Assembly: GCA_964247055.1 (NCBI GenBank)
Contig: OZ176058.1
Coordinates: forward strand, 2,356,001 to 2,420,000
Length of the DNA stretch: 64,000 bases
Direction: 5' to 3'
Source of the DNA: Paragordius varius
Taxonomy: Eukaryota > Animalia > Nematomorpha
Part shown: piece after piece, positions 38,438-53,004 of the stretch
Position numbering within the stretch: position 1 is the stretch's first letter
Layout of the letters: each line of letters begins with the position of its first letter
Made by a program: the position numbers and the translations under genes
The notes under the pieces: model-generated
What the model saw: only the letters and a program-made list of their open reading frames with translations
What the model was told of the DNA's origin: nothing
The model's database searches: none

Positions 38438-41170
38438 ATGACGATTTGTAAATCATGCCTTTTGTATTCCTTTAAGGGTGGGGAGTCTGATAACTGCCAT
38501 ATTCTCTTTGGTAACTATTTAAAATATTTTTTCGTTTAAATAAGACAAATATTTTTCTCTAAAAGACAACCATTGTTTTAAAACTTAATATTAAAATAAA
38601 ATTTATCATTTTGGTAGGGATAACTCAAATGTAATAAATATTTTTTATGTGAATTTAGGTTCGAAAAAAACATGGTTATTTTATAAAAAAACATTTATCT
38701 TCTAGGTTTCACCTTTAAGAATATTTTTAACTGCCCATTTTTAAAAAACAATTTTTCAGACCAAATTGATAATGAATGATTTTTATGAATAGAAATTAAT
38801 CTAGGATGTTTTAAATAATAAATTTTAAATTATATATGTATGTTTCATTCCAATCAAAATTTGCCTAATAATAAGATAAAATTGAATAAAAAACTATGTC
38901 ATGAAAAGTTGCCATAAAAAAATTTACACAAACTATATTATTAAAGTCTAATTTCGTAATTTTAGATATTTTTCACAGTGGAAATCGGAACTCGAGTTTA
39001 TTACTTAAAGTGGTGGAATAAAGTTAAACATGTTCATGATAACCGGTGGCCCATTAATGTCTCTGCAGGTAATAAACTTTTTTTGCCAATTATAAGTTTT
39101 GATAATATTTTCTATAATTTAACTAAAATAGAAAATGTACAGTCATGTACTCTTTATTTTATTGAAAATTTATTTCCTCCCGTTAATAATGGGTAAAAAT
39201 ATTTTTTAAAGAGTGGAAAAAACAAGAGCACTATAGTATTAACAATATCATATTTATCAAAAAGGTATAAGAATTACCATAGAGCCCTTGTTTTTTCCAT
39301 TTTTTACCAAATATTAATACCCATTTAACGAAAAAAATAAATTTTTGGTAAAATTAAGGATATATGACTGTAATCAAAAATCTTGATAAGGGTAAGAATA
39401 GGCGACTTTTTTTCTCCCTCCCCAATGTTGAAAAAGATCTGATCGAATGCTAGATATATTTTAATAATTAAGATTTTAGAATTGTTGGAAGCAAATCGTA
39501 AACATGGGAATGAATAAATTTTAAAATTCTATATTCCCTTTTATCAGATAAATTTTTATTAGACAACCATTTAAGCTTTATAACCGAAAACCTATTTAAA
39601 CACTTATCATTAAAAAAATAGAGGTTTAAGGATATTTTTTTCATACTCCAGGATATAATGTTTGTCAAAATAGGTTAAAAGAATGTTATTAATCATATAT
39701 ATATAGTGTTTAAGGGAACTTGGGGCGTGGAAATATTTTTAAGCGCAATTATGGTCATTACCAGCTTACTGTTGATTCAAGGAATTTCCAAAGTAACCAT
39801 ACAACTTTTTCATAGCATCTCCTCTCTATTCATTGCCAAAAATTTAACCCCTATTTATGTATATATGATTTATTAGCGTAATTACAAATTATTTTGGGGG
39901 TACATGAGTGCTATGCCATTGGTATGTATTATAGTACTCAGTGCTGCTATTTCAAATCTCTTATTTGCGGTATTTTGCCTTTTATATATATACGTATCTT
40001 AAACTTTATGTTTTTTGTGCCAAATAACACAAAAACAATAATTGAAAAAACTTATTGGTTTTTATGAAATGATATGGGAAAAGTAAAAATAATTTTATTT
40101 ATAAAGTACGGTTAAAGAAAACAATGGACGATGGTATCATTGTAGATGTTAAAGATTGTTTTTTTCTGGAAATATGCTAAAATCTGAAAATATATGTATT
40201 ATGAATAATAAATACAGCTTGGATGATTTTGTTACGGGTATTATAAAATAACTAAGTAATTTTTATATCGCTGGAGTGAGGCGTGTCTATGCTTTCTAGA
40301 AATGTAATACAAATGAAAATAACAATCATGTAAAAATGACACTAAACTATCTTTTCAACAAAGAAATATCTTTATTTTAATTATCCTTAATAAATATACG
40401 TCATCACAAAATTTAACAAAAAAGATTGTACCTATATCAAAAACATTATTGTTAAATATATATATATATATATATATATAAATATATATATAATGCTATA
40501 TATTTAATGTCATAGAATGGACAAAACCACCTTTTGGGAACAGGGATCACCAATATCGTTGTAATTATAATATTGGTAAATGTTGATTTATATCCTTAAA
40601 TTTTTGTAGATAGTTTAATTTTTTATATACTTTATTTTTTTCAGTGAATGATATAAAAATAATTTTGGGTAAACTGTCGTAACCCTAACTGCCTTATAGG
40701 GATGTTTACGATTTTTCACTTTTAAGATTTGTTTATGTTTTTTGTGGGAAACAATTAAATTGATCTTTGATTAAACAATAATATATTTAAATGCCTGATT
40801 GCAAGACCTGAAGTTAATTATACAAATAAACCAAAATCGATGATGCTAACTCAGAATAGTAGTTAGCATTAAATTTATATTTGTAAAGATCACTTTTATT
40901 TTATGATCTTACTTTGGGTATTAAATATATCAAATATAATTTGTGGCGAATAAAATTAATCAAAATTTGAAACTGATATGGATATGTTTATTGATTATTA
41001 ATGTCATGTTCTATATAAGGAATTTTTTATTATATTTTTTTGAATGGTCAAACTTTACCCCATGTCTCTAGACATATGGGCAATGTGTAATAATATCATA
41101 TTATGAATCCTTGGCATATCCGAACAGCAAAAATAAAAAGGGACATAACCCGAACGTAAACCTTCTTTGA
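38438..41170 (+). CDS. Four-transmembrane protein (LAPTM/DUF4728-like architecture), 6 exons, frameshift near codon 8
   Basis: Exons 38438-38510, 38966-39068, 39707-39792, 39877-about 39993 (donor ambiguous, alternative after 39969), 40516-40575, 41072-41170, all phase-compatible. Protein: MTICKSC(+1)FCIPLRVGSLITAIFSL-IFFTVEIGTRVYYL...SLLLIQGISK-RNYKLFWGY...-NGQNHLLGTGITNIVVIIIL-TYGQCVIISYYESL...stop. Confidence 0.75.
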
Positions 41171-42879
41171 TTAACAATGTCATTCGTTTTTAAAATTTTT
41201 TATACTATCAATTTTACTGATATATTATTTATGTAAACGGTACCAATAAATATGTTTATTATAAACTTTTCAAAAAAATAAATGGGTTTTATAGATAGTC
41301 GCACATGACAATAAATGCAAATTTGTATTTCGTCCGCTCCAGTCCCTATAGCTATAAGAGTGAGTTAAAAATCTTAACTTGATCCACCCAATGTAGGAAA
41401 AAAAATTGTAAAATTAGTGGAACTTTTAAAGTCTGTTTAAAAAGTATCCAGGTCTATTAACAGAAAGTTATGAGGCCAATCGAAAAGCCTTGGCTTACTT
41501 CGACTAGGGGACGTAACTAAAAATCTTTATGTGTCATGGATTGAAAATTAGGGGTAAAGGTTGAATTAAATTCATTATTAAATAATTTTTTTTGGGTGAA
41601 AGCTGGATGCTTAAATTTATTAATATCAAATTTAAAATGACAAAACAATATCTCATATCCTCTGAAATAGGCTATATTTTGATGAAAGTGTAATTTTAAA
41701 TGAATGCTAGATTATGAGATAATTACATTTTTTTGATAAAAAATTTTAAAATGAAAAATGTGAAACCTTATCTTATGGTATTTTACTGCAATGTAAAAAT
41801 ACTTCAATATTGGGTAACTAATGATACGAGACCATATTTATGATATTACTAAACTACTAAAAGGCACGGTTCCAATTAATTTGATGCCGAAATATCTATA
41901 TTAATTTAAGAAATGAAAAAAGCTTTATAGGAACATACATCGCTATTTTTATTTTGCAACATTTTTACAAAATATCCTTGTTTTATTCTAACGCTAAAAT
42001 TTAAGTTAATTTTTATTTAAAAAAACATTAACCTAATATAAACAGAAAAGGTGGTTTTTGCATCATTTATATTTAGTTAAAGCATACACCTGATGTGTGT
42101 CGTCTAGTTTTTGCTTTCAAGTTTATCCATAAATTAGGTAATATTAAGTTGAATTATTTTTTACGTCTTTTTAAATGGTTGCAATTTAATCCATATATTT
42201 TTTAATATATGATTTTAAACAGACCTGGGGTCTCCAAAGACCCAATTTTATTCAAAGGACTGGTATAAAAAATAATCGTAGGAAAAGTATCAGGATTATC
42301 ATGGTGAGTTTTGGCCCTTAAGATTGATTTAAGAAAGTTATTTACAATTTTTTAATAAGTGCTTTGTATCATAAAATGGCAAAATTTTAACATATTTTTT
42401 AAATCGAATATTTTTGGTGAAAAATAAAGGTTTTATTCCAAATAATATCACTAATATATATATCATAAACTACATACAAAAAGTAAATTAATAAATATTA
42501 TTTAAAAAAAAGTTTTTTTACAGGTGGAACCCGAAATTCTCAAAATTTTTTGCTCTCCGTCTCAAAATAGCATGAAGTACGCTTCATACTGGATAACCGT
42601 AATTTTTTGTTATTAGAATGTTTCAATCGCTTTTTCAAACGCCTTTCTGTAGTTAAATGGTTTTTATCAAACATATATTTTTATGGTAAGTCCAGATCAG
42701 TAAAAGGAAAAAAGGACATTAATGATTATCGATGGTTTGTATATCGTAAAAATTATAAAAAAATAAATAATTTAGATTGTTTTATGTGCTTTATCTTATA
42801 TTTTGCGTGTATTATAGTTTACCTATATATCGAAATCAAAAGATTTCAACTCTCTGGTAAACAGAATAAATACGCGTTA

Positions 42880-45800
42880 TACCAATCATCTAAATAAAAC
42901 ATTAATCGGCTCAAAATTCTTAAAGATATTATGTCGATTTCCTAATATACTGATTTTTTAATCCTAGATACTCTACGCACCATTAGTATGATAATTTGTG
43001 GACTATTTATATTTCACAAGGCCCGTAGACTTTATAAATGTGTCTATTACCTCAATCCAAAATTAATGTCATGCATTTGTTTTGGGATGTACTATTACAT
43101 TATTTTAGGTTTGTATATCAGGTCAAAAAATATAACTTTATTCTTTTAAAGCAGGGCTTCTTAAACTATGAAAAATACAATTTAACAAAAAATGTTTTAA
43201 TTTCACAATTATTGTTCTATAAAAAAAACAATCATCGTAGATAAATATATCATAAAATCTTCTGGTTCGGAAAGACTGTTTATACCAGTATTTCTATTCC
43301 GATTATTATAATATATATAATTATAAAAATGTAAAATGCTGGCTTAGTCCGTTTCGGAAAACCAGATCCATTCAAATCCAAATGTCAAAAAAATATAATC
43401 AATTATGAATGCCCCGACAATAGCTTCGCCCTTTTTTGAATTAGGCCCCCAGTTCAGGCCCACCCCGTGTAAAAAACAGATTTTTTTGTCCACAAAAATC
43501 GTGTCTTTGAGACAATTGAAAACGTGTAGGTCCATTTCAAATATGATTTTTTTTCTTGTTTTCTATTGCACCGAACATAGTCGGCTTACTTTTTTTAATT
43601 TAGGCTCTCTTTTTACCCGCTCCCTTCGAAAAATCATTTCAAAAAAAATAATTTTTTGCCCAGGGTATGAGACCATTATAATTCAATAAGGATTCCAGGT
43701 ATTCCCTGTTAAAAGGCAAAAACTTTAGTATTGCGTTTTTTAATATTGGCTGCAGGCTAAACAGATAGCCGCTAAAACTGCGCCACTATATAGAAAATGC
43801 GTTGTTTTGGAGCTAATTTACAGATATGAAGCCATATGAGCTCATTAAAAGCTTGAAGTATTACCCGTAATTAGGTAAAAAATAAAGGTGGGGGTTTTAT
43901 ATTAGCCGTTTATTTGGGACCTTTATGCCCTAAAAATACGCCATCATACAACGATTATTTATTATTGAGTTAGATTTTCGAAAAACCTATGAGATGATGG
44001 TATCAAAGATGATGCCAAATATTTGCCCTATAATGGCAAAGAATTTAACTCAGCGCTTTTTCCATATAACTGAGACGCCATACAAAATGGCATAGTTTTG
44101 GAGCTGATTTTCAAAATACATAAGAAGCAATACGAGTTTAGTTAAACACATTGAAGAATTCGTATAATATCATCTTTCCTTTAAAAGGGACCACAAATAA
44201 TTTACTTTTTATATCCCTTGATCCCAGCTGTGTGAACACAATTTCAAAATAAAACTTATAAACATGATTTGTAAACGAAAATCTTAAAATTGAATATTAA
44301 CTTTAATAAAAGCAGTTTAAATATGGTCAATTTCGAGTAAGCAATATTTGAGCCTATGCAAAAACCGGTAAAAGAATAATTAAAGACATTTTTTTATCAA
44401 ATATGTTTTTTTATTTTGATCTCCATCATCTCTATTTATTGCAATTTTTAAAAATAATTATCGGTGAGACTACGTCATAGAGAAGCGTGACAGGGCCTGC
44501 TAGTATCTAGTATAAATTTAATATGAATCGAAAATGTTATAATAAAAATGTAGATTATTTTTGTCAATCTCTGAAAACCGAAATTATCCTGATAAATTTT
44601 ATCAACAAAATTAAGAGTTATTTCTAAAACACTTTTATTTTTTTAAATTTGTGCAATCATAAATGGGGTCGGGAACTACAAAAGTTTAAGACCCTGTTTT
44701 ATACAGATAATTAGCGATTAAAAAGGTATGGTTGTCATTTAAAAATATTATTTGTCTATTATATTTTTTTACCATTAGTCCATAAAAATTAAATTTTTAC
44801 TGTATCTTATAATAATAATATTAACACTTCGATTCGAATTGGGGAATCTAAATACCCCAGAAATTTAAATTAATATTTTTAAAAAACTATTAAAGGAAAC
44901 GGTCCCAATTTAAATTTATGCTTCTATACTATTAAATATTATAAAAATATTCCAAAACATTTTGAGAAAATTTTGTTTTGAAAAAAAGTTCCATGTCAAA
45001 CTACTTCGACGCCATTTTTATTTTACAACATTTTTGCAAAATATCGTCTTCATTTAATTCTAAGGGTAAAATTAAAGCTAAATTTATATTTAAATTACAT
45101 CTAACATTGATAAAAATAGAAAAAGCGGTTTATTTTGTATTATTTTTTGATTTTACCATTTCACACATGCCACGTTGACGAAATTTTTACTTTTCGGTAT
45201 AAGCTTGAATAAGTAATATCATGTGTGTTTTTTAAATAAAATTTTTTAAATATTTCGGTTTATTAATGTTATATAAGTGCAAAATTTTTCCATGGTTTCG
45301 ATTCCTTCCATACTTTTTAAAGTAATTTGATTTTAAACAGGTCTGGGGTATCCAAGTACCCCAATTTGAATCGAAGGACTAAAAGTAGTGTGTTGTATCC
45401 ACAAGTTTTAATAAGGATGCAAAAAACAACTTAGATTATTCTAAAAAATTAAATATCATTATAAATCAAATAATAAAGAGGTACAATAACATCAAGTTCA
45501 CAACCCAAAAGAAATTGATTGAAGAAAAATAATGTAATTTTATCCAAACAAAAATTTTAAATTTAGATCAATAACTTAAAAAAATGATAATAATAATTAT
45601 AATTATAAAACATTTAATTTAAAAAATTCATATAAATTTAATGTAAAAAGGGGAAACCAGCCATCTATATTATAGGAAAGGCATTTTAAGAGTAATTTTT
45701 AAAACGATGATTTTATAAAGTTACAAGGATAACTAATAATATTGTTTCATATTTAAAAACAGTGTGTTGTTAAATCTCATAACAAAAAAGTTAAATAATG

Positions 45801-45985
45801 CATCTAATATTATTTTAACCATAATTAATCAAAATATATTTTCAAATGCTAGTCCAGATAATTAAAAAACACTACAAGATATATAAATATTTTCTATACA
45901 TTATGCTTTGCAATTTAATAAACAGATTAAAATGAGTTAAATGATATACTTTTCCCCAGAAACCTACTTAAAGTTGCGAATAAAG
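42880..45985 (+). repeat. Direct duplicate of 48360-49322, interrupted by two later insertions
   Basis: Colinear blocks 42880-43150, 44695-44822 and 45420-45985 match 48360-48620, 48620-48742 and 48765-49322. Confidence 0.85.
44821..45411. mobile_element. piggyBac-like MITE copy
   Basis: TTAACACTTCGATTCGAATTGGGG ... GTGTTGTATCCACAAGTTTTAA; absent from the paralogous segment at about 48740. Confidence 0.75.
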
Positions 45986-48900
45986 ATTTACTATTTTAAT
46001 GATATATTCAGCTTCGGATATACAAAAAGGTTTTAATAATATCTGTAAAGTTTTTTTATATCGGTGCTAATATACCTTAAACCATAAAATAATCACCTTA
46101 AAACCAAATTTTAGCTATTATAAATTTTGTAAAGCTTTTTTTCAAAAACATTAATTTTGACATCTCAAGAATATATTAAAAGTTGTTTTAATGCAATCTC
46201 AGATTTTTTGCGTCCACTAAACCGAAAATTCCGATTTTCGGAGCCTACATAAGTTAATCAAAGTTATATAAAGTTATTTTTTTGCTCCCCATAAAAGGAA
46301 CATGATAATTCTATGTATTATCAAAGTATTATTTAGTCGAAATATATTGAAAAATATTTGGATGAATACTATTAATAAAATGCAAATAAAAATCTCAATC
46401 GAAAAATTTATACCATTCACTCACCTACGCTTATTTTTAAATCCAAACAGTAAAAGCAAAACACTTAAATATCAATTTTAATTTAACTCGGGCGTTTTCT
46501 AAGTTCAAAAAAGCGAGTGGAAAAAGGAATATATACAACCATTTTTGAAAAACATGTGCTAAACACACTGTTCACAAAAAAATATCGTCAAGAAGAAATT
46601 ATGGATGGGGTGATAAAAAAATTTCAAATGCAAGTTTTTTGCTTTCACGTAATAAAAAAATGTACTTGTCAAGCAAAAAAACTTGAATCGGAGGTGGTAA
46701 AAAATAATGTGACTAAGTTTGAAGATTTCACAAGTGTATTTTGAAAAATTATTTATATATATATATATCCAAAATATATGTATTTGACCCCTTTGTGGTT
46801 ATAAACTTTTTATATGTGCGTCCAAATCGGGGGGTGTTAAAAAATAACCTATAAAATATTATATATCATGATAGAGAAACGAATAAAAATTATCATGGTG
46901 CTTTTAGTTTTGGCGCTTAATAGATTTAAGAAAGTTACTTACACTTCGAATCATAAAATGGCGTAATTGCGCACATTTTTAAACATTTAATTTTTTTGGT
47001 GTTCAGTGGCTTCAGTCCAAAAAATATCACTAAAATATATTATAAAGTACAAAAAAAATTCAAAAAATAATAATTTTTAGATGTAGGCTCCGAAAGGCTA
47101 GTCCTTTTAAATTACACGCAAAAATGCCGGGATAGCACAAATAAAATTTTAAATATATGCTAAATATTTATATCAATTAAAAAAATTTTTAAATATACAT
47201 ATTTTTTTAAAAATATTTTAGCGAAAGTTTGCTGAAGAATACATCATATAAGGAAATGATTAAATCGCTTTATGATTGCTGAAAAGCACTTTTTCTATAT
47301 AATTTAATGATAGTAAACATTTCTATCACCTCAGAATTTCGATTAATATATTGTTTTGTCTTCAAATCTATGTAAATAAATTATATTTTTTACCAAAATT
47401 CACCAAATTGTTTAAGACACCGAACCTTTAAATTAAAATTCTGAAACGATTGTTCAGGATCATCGAATCATAAAAAGTGTTTTATAATAAAACCGTATTT
47501 TAACCGTTTCCATCAAGATTCATCTCAGTATAAAGTACGCTTCAACAAACTTGGAAAAATTATATTTCCAGAAAAAGTATGCCTTTTTAAAACATTATTG
47601 CTGAAATTAAAATTCAGTATATAAAATTTTTATTGCGCAATCCAGCATTTCAGCGTTTAAGGACGATCTTATTTCCGAAAATCGAAAATATTGGGATTTT
47701 CGGAGCTCACATCTAAATATTAAATTTTTTGCTAATTTTGTTTTGCTTTTTTATATGTAGTTTTTAATACATTTAAGTGATATTTTTGGGATGAAGCCTC
47801 CAATTTTTATAACTATAGGCAGAGAATTTTAATTTAAAGGTTTTGCGAATTTTGGTGATTTTTTTTTACAAAAACACAATTATTATTTAACATAAATTTG
47901 AAAAAGCAAGAATATTTTAATCAAAATTCTGAGGAGTAAATCTTAGCATTATCTAATTAAATATATATAAATGATATAACATCTCAACCATTTATATCGT
48001 TTCCATCATGATCAAAATAGATGAAGTGCGCTTCAACAAAATTTTGCTAAAAATTAAATTTTGAAAGTATACATTTTTCAAAAATATATTTAGTCGATAT
48101 CAAAATTAAGCATATACTTAAAATTATTGCACAATGTTGGAATTTTTGAGTTTATTATAAAAAAGTCCATTTTAAAAGAGCCAAAAATCTAAGACTTTCA
48201 GAGCCCACATTTAAAAAACCAACATGATAATGCTGATATTTCCCTATCAGAATATATATTTCATCTGGATATTTTTTAGTGGAAACAGGTAGCACACCGA
48301 CGGTGTAACTGGCAAAATTGTTTTAATTTTGTAATGCGTCAAAGTTCAAAATATCTGGTCACATTATACTAAAACATTTACCGGCTCGAAATTCCCAAAC
48401 ATATTATATTGATTTCCTAAGTTATACTTATTTTCTAAGCCTAGATGCTCCTGCACCATTAGTATGCTAATTTGTGGACTATTCATATTTCACAAGGCCC
48501 GTAGACTGTATAAATGTGTCTATTTTCACCTCAATCCAAAATTAATGCCATGCATATTGTTTTAAGAAGATGTACTAACATTGTTTTAGGGTATAAATCA
48601 GGTCAAAAAATATTATTTTAATTTATACAGATAATTAGTGATTAAAAACGTATGTATCATTTAAAAATATTATTTGCCTATTTTATATTTTGACCTTTAG
48701 TCCATAAAAACTCAATTTTTACTGTATCTTATAATAATAATAATTTATAAATTAAGATGGAAACCAATTTAGATTGTGCTAAAAAGTTACATCTCATCAA
48801 ACAAAATAATAAATATGTACAATAACATCAAGTTTAGAAAACAAAAGAAATTGATTGAAGAAAAATAAAGATATTTTACCCAAACAAAAAATTTTAAATT

Positions 48901-49390
48901 TAGATCAATATCTTAAAAAAATAATAATACTAATAATAAAACATTTAATTGAAAAAAAATTAGAATTATATTATAAAATATTTTAAGGATAAAGCAGCCA
49001 TCTATATTAAAGGAAAGGGATTTTAAGTATTTAATTTTTAAAACGATGATTTGTTTATTATTTAAAAACAGTGTTTTGCTAAATCTCATAACGTAAATTA
49101 AGTTATAAAATAATAATGCATTTTTCTAAATTTATTTTTAACCATAATTAGTTAAAATATATTTTCTAATGATAGTCCAGATAATTAAAAAACAGCATTA
49201 ATACATTTTTCTATACATTATGTTAACAGTTTTTTGACGACATATTTTTAATAAAAAGATTTGCCCGTTTAAAATAAGTATGTTATAATATTCCCCAAAA
49301 ATCTACTTAAAGTTGCGAATTCAAATGTATTTCTTATCTCATGAACTGGTTGCATACACATAATATTTCGCGTATAACAATTTTTAAAGC

Positions 49391-50285
49391 ATGCGGAACC
49401 AACATGTTTGGGTCAAATCTAACCTAAACTATTCAGGATGTTACCTTGTTTATGGCTTTCAAATATATTCTGCCCAACTTAGTGCGCCTAAACGCTTCGA
49501 TTATAACTGATATGGTAAGGACTCAACTTATCTACAATATGAGGATTCTAGAAAAGTTAGTAAATTATTTTAATTAAAGTAAATTGAATATCTAACTGTA
49601 AAATAGAATTTTACTGTAAGAAGCAGTGTTTGTGGACTTTTGCTAAACTAATTCTTACACCGCTAAAAGAATTTAAAAATTGGCTATAATTTTAGTTTTA
49701 TCTAATTCTTAATTTAATTAAAAATATAATATGGTAAGAAGTTAGATATTTTTGAATTTGTGAAAGCCACTCTTATTTTATTGATGAGTGCTAAGCACAA
49801 ATATATACATTATTATTAACTAAGCTCATATATTTTTATATAAATTTCAGTCATAGAAATATGATGGCTTTTCACCCAAGAAAAATACTATCGATCAACC
49901 TAGGTGAATGGTTTTGAAATATTAAAAGATAGCTATTCAAGGATGAACCAACCAAAATATAATTACGATTGGAATAAGCATTTCATATATCTCAAATTTT
50001 TTTTTCGATGTCTACTAGCAATGTGAAAAACCAATAAACTCAACAAATAGATCTCACACATTACGAATGAGCGTGGAATCGTAAAGTGATCTGGGAAGTC
50101 ATGGGTCAACATCACCGAAGCCAATCATTGCATCAAATTGTGATGCGTTAAGAAGTGGCTTTATTTGAAAGCGGAGAATCGTGGCTTTCGCCTATCCAAT
50201 AGCTCTAGCAACACTAATGCCAAATTGCATTGGCAACAAGTCCATGCTAACCAGAGTATTGCACATTATGAACTTTGAAATCCGG
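49391..50285 (+). pseudogene. Possible second, more decayed M1-aminopeptidase-like fragment
   Basis: HVWVKSNLNYSGCYLV (compare WVKFNVNQTGYYRV), shifted-frame RLNASIITDM followed by GTAAGG donor, and NCIGNKSMLTRVLHIMNFEIR followed by GTAAAA donor; many stops. Confidence 0.35.
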
Positions 50286-52943
50286 TAAAACCGTTAAAAC
50301 ATAACGCTCTCGCTACAAACAATTAATTATATTAATCAATAACCAAAAACGACCAAAATCAACCTGACATGAAAATATTTGAGGGCATTCACTCCATGCA
50401 CCAAAACTAAAATTTTGCGTTCATGCGATTATAATTAATTAATTTATATTTTAATTTGTATTTTTTGGTAGATTAATATATTGTTTAAAAAATATATATA
50501 TAACTAGATAAATTAGGTATAAAATATGATATACAGTGATAGTTTATACAGACAAAAGGTAGGAATATACGACAAATATTTTTTTGTAAATGACTGCATG
50601 CTTTTTAAACTAGCTTATTTTATTAAAACTTATATAAATTCCAAAGTGTGAATAGATATGTAAATTTGTAACACATACAATCATATATATAACAATTTCA
50701 ATTAAATATTTTTAAATAGGAAAAAATAAGGTGGAGAAAACGATGGTCGCCTTTAATAAAATTTATATTTACGTTTTGGTAAGAATTTTAATTTTTACTT
50801 TAATAAACTTGGTCAAATGAAATGCAAATGATATGAAATTAACATAAATTTAATATTTTGAATAACATATATCCACCGTTTTAAAGGTCTATAATAGAAT
50901 TAATGATTAAGTGCCTTCCAACTCCTAAATTTTTGCTAGGGAAAGTTAGAATAAATCTTATGTTAATTTCCCACCAGAAATCTATAATGTGTTTTTATTT
51001 CTAAAAAACCATAGTTCTCATTAATGCTAAAGAAACAAACTTATTTAATTCATCTATTCATGATAGTTTCAATAGTAGCCATCAATTCTTTGTATTTGAG
51101 TAATTCCCTACTTACCATATATTACAACAAAATACAAATGTTTAAAAACTGTAATATTAATAATAGAACCGTTCGATGACTGTATATTAGTTTAAGGCTA
51201 ACCATTTAATCCTTTGTATAGTTTTTCGACATATGAAATAGGGGCTCTTACCTTAGTAACGCTAAACAACTCTATTGAAAACCATATTCAATAAAATATA
51301 AAAAATAGTTGGCTTTAATAACAATCCCATTATTTTACCTTTTATGTGGCTCAATTATACTTTACTATACAGATATATGTAAAATTATTGCGTATTTTTA
51401 CAAAAAATGGGATTCTTGTAGAACATTCCATAAATCATTCCCACAGACATTTTCCTAGGCATGCTTGGACAAAAAAGCCTTTATTCTTGAAGCATTTTAA
51501 CGGTTAAGTTATTTTTGTATACGATTTTGCAGTATATTAAAATTTAAGGCGCAAAATCTAAAACTTCAAGAAATTTGCTTATTAAAAAGCCATTCAATTA
51601 AATAATGTCATTTTCATATTTCGTCATATTAAGGGTTGTAAAATAGGGGGAGGTTTCATCCTAAAGCCCATCTTTATAACGCTTATTATATCGACCATAA
51701 AAAAACTAGGATAAATGATAGACTATCAGGTTTTAGGTAAAGGTTTTACATTATAGTTGTTAGGTTTTTCAGGTCCTGAAACTCATATTAATTGCATTTA
51801 TGATACAGTGTTAATCAAAATATAAAAAACATAGTGTGGAATGATAATCTCATCAAGAATACGAAACAATAGCGCGTTTTCAAATTTAATAATTTAGCCT
51901 TTACTAGAAAAAATCTCTGAAAAATATATAAGCAATTTTTTTTATGGAGATATTGACACAAAAGTAATTTTGGATTTGATTTTTTTTCCATGAAAAAAAG
52001 CGATTAAATATTTTTGGGAACACGAGCGTTTTTCATGTAAGTTTAATAGCTTTCCTGCATTATTTGGGTCCCAAATTTGGCAGATGAAAGATATCCATCC
52101 GAAAATGTTAAAAAGTAATATTATTTTTTTGCCTTTTTCACAAAGATTATGAAAAATTATAAAATTGCCTATTTATTTTAATGGTTAATTTCGATTCCAA
52201 AAACTGACAATTAAATATTAATAATTAAATAGAGTCAATCCTAGATGTGTAACGCAAAATAAACTATTTTTTAAAAAAAGTTGGGGTTATGGTAGTTTAT
52301 GTTTAGCCAATTTTTATAAAGCACCCTTCATATAATATAGATGGATGATTTTTAACTAGATTACAATTACAATATTACGAAATTTTAAGAATTTGCAATT
52401 TTTAATAATTTATTTAATTAAGCATCTATTTTTAAGTATTAGATCAATTATTTTTTCAATTATATGCGTTAATTTAATAAAGATAAAGAATGGTAGTCGA
52501 ATATCCCCAGAAGTGACATATACAGTCATGTATATTAATTGACAGAAATTCGTTAAATGATTATAATTTTTTTTAATTATTTTAATGTTTGATATGTCAA
52601 CTTTCAACATGCGCATTTTTAAGCATTAAAATAATAATAGCTTATTTATTGTAAACAATTAAAAACAAAGTAAAATCAATTAAAAATTATATCTGACAAT
52701 TCTAAACATACATGACTGTAATTTATTGCATCAATTAAATACAAGAATTTTTTTCGATAAAATTAACTAATTCATCGAATACAATACAGCATATTAAGGC
52801 AATTTACTTTGAAAAGATATGGTTTTTATTTCTAAAAAAGAGGAATTTGTTTTTTTTCAAATATTATTTAGCAATGTTTACAAAAATGCTTTTAAAAGGT
52901 AATATGCTTAAACCTTAAAATTTTCATGAAATCTATTAATCTC

Positions 52944-52993
<50 letters not shown>

Positions 52994-53004
52994 GAACCTA
53001 TAAT

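Noticed and set aside
40107-40300. Exon-like patches inside intron 4 of the four-TM gene
   Set aside because: Phases or stops are incompatible with the coherent 40516 exon path.
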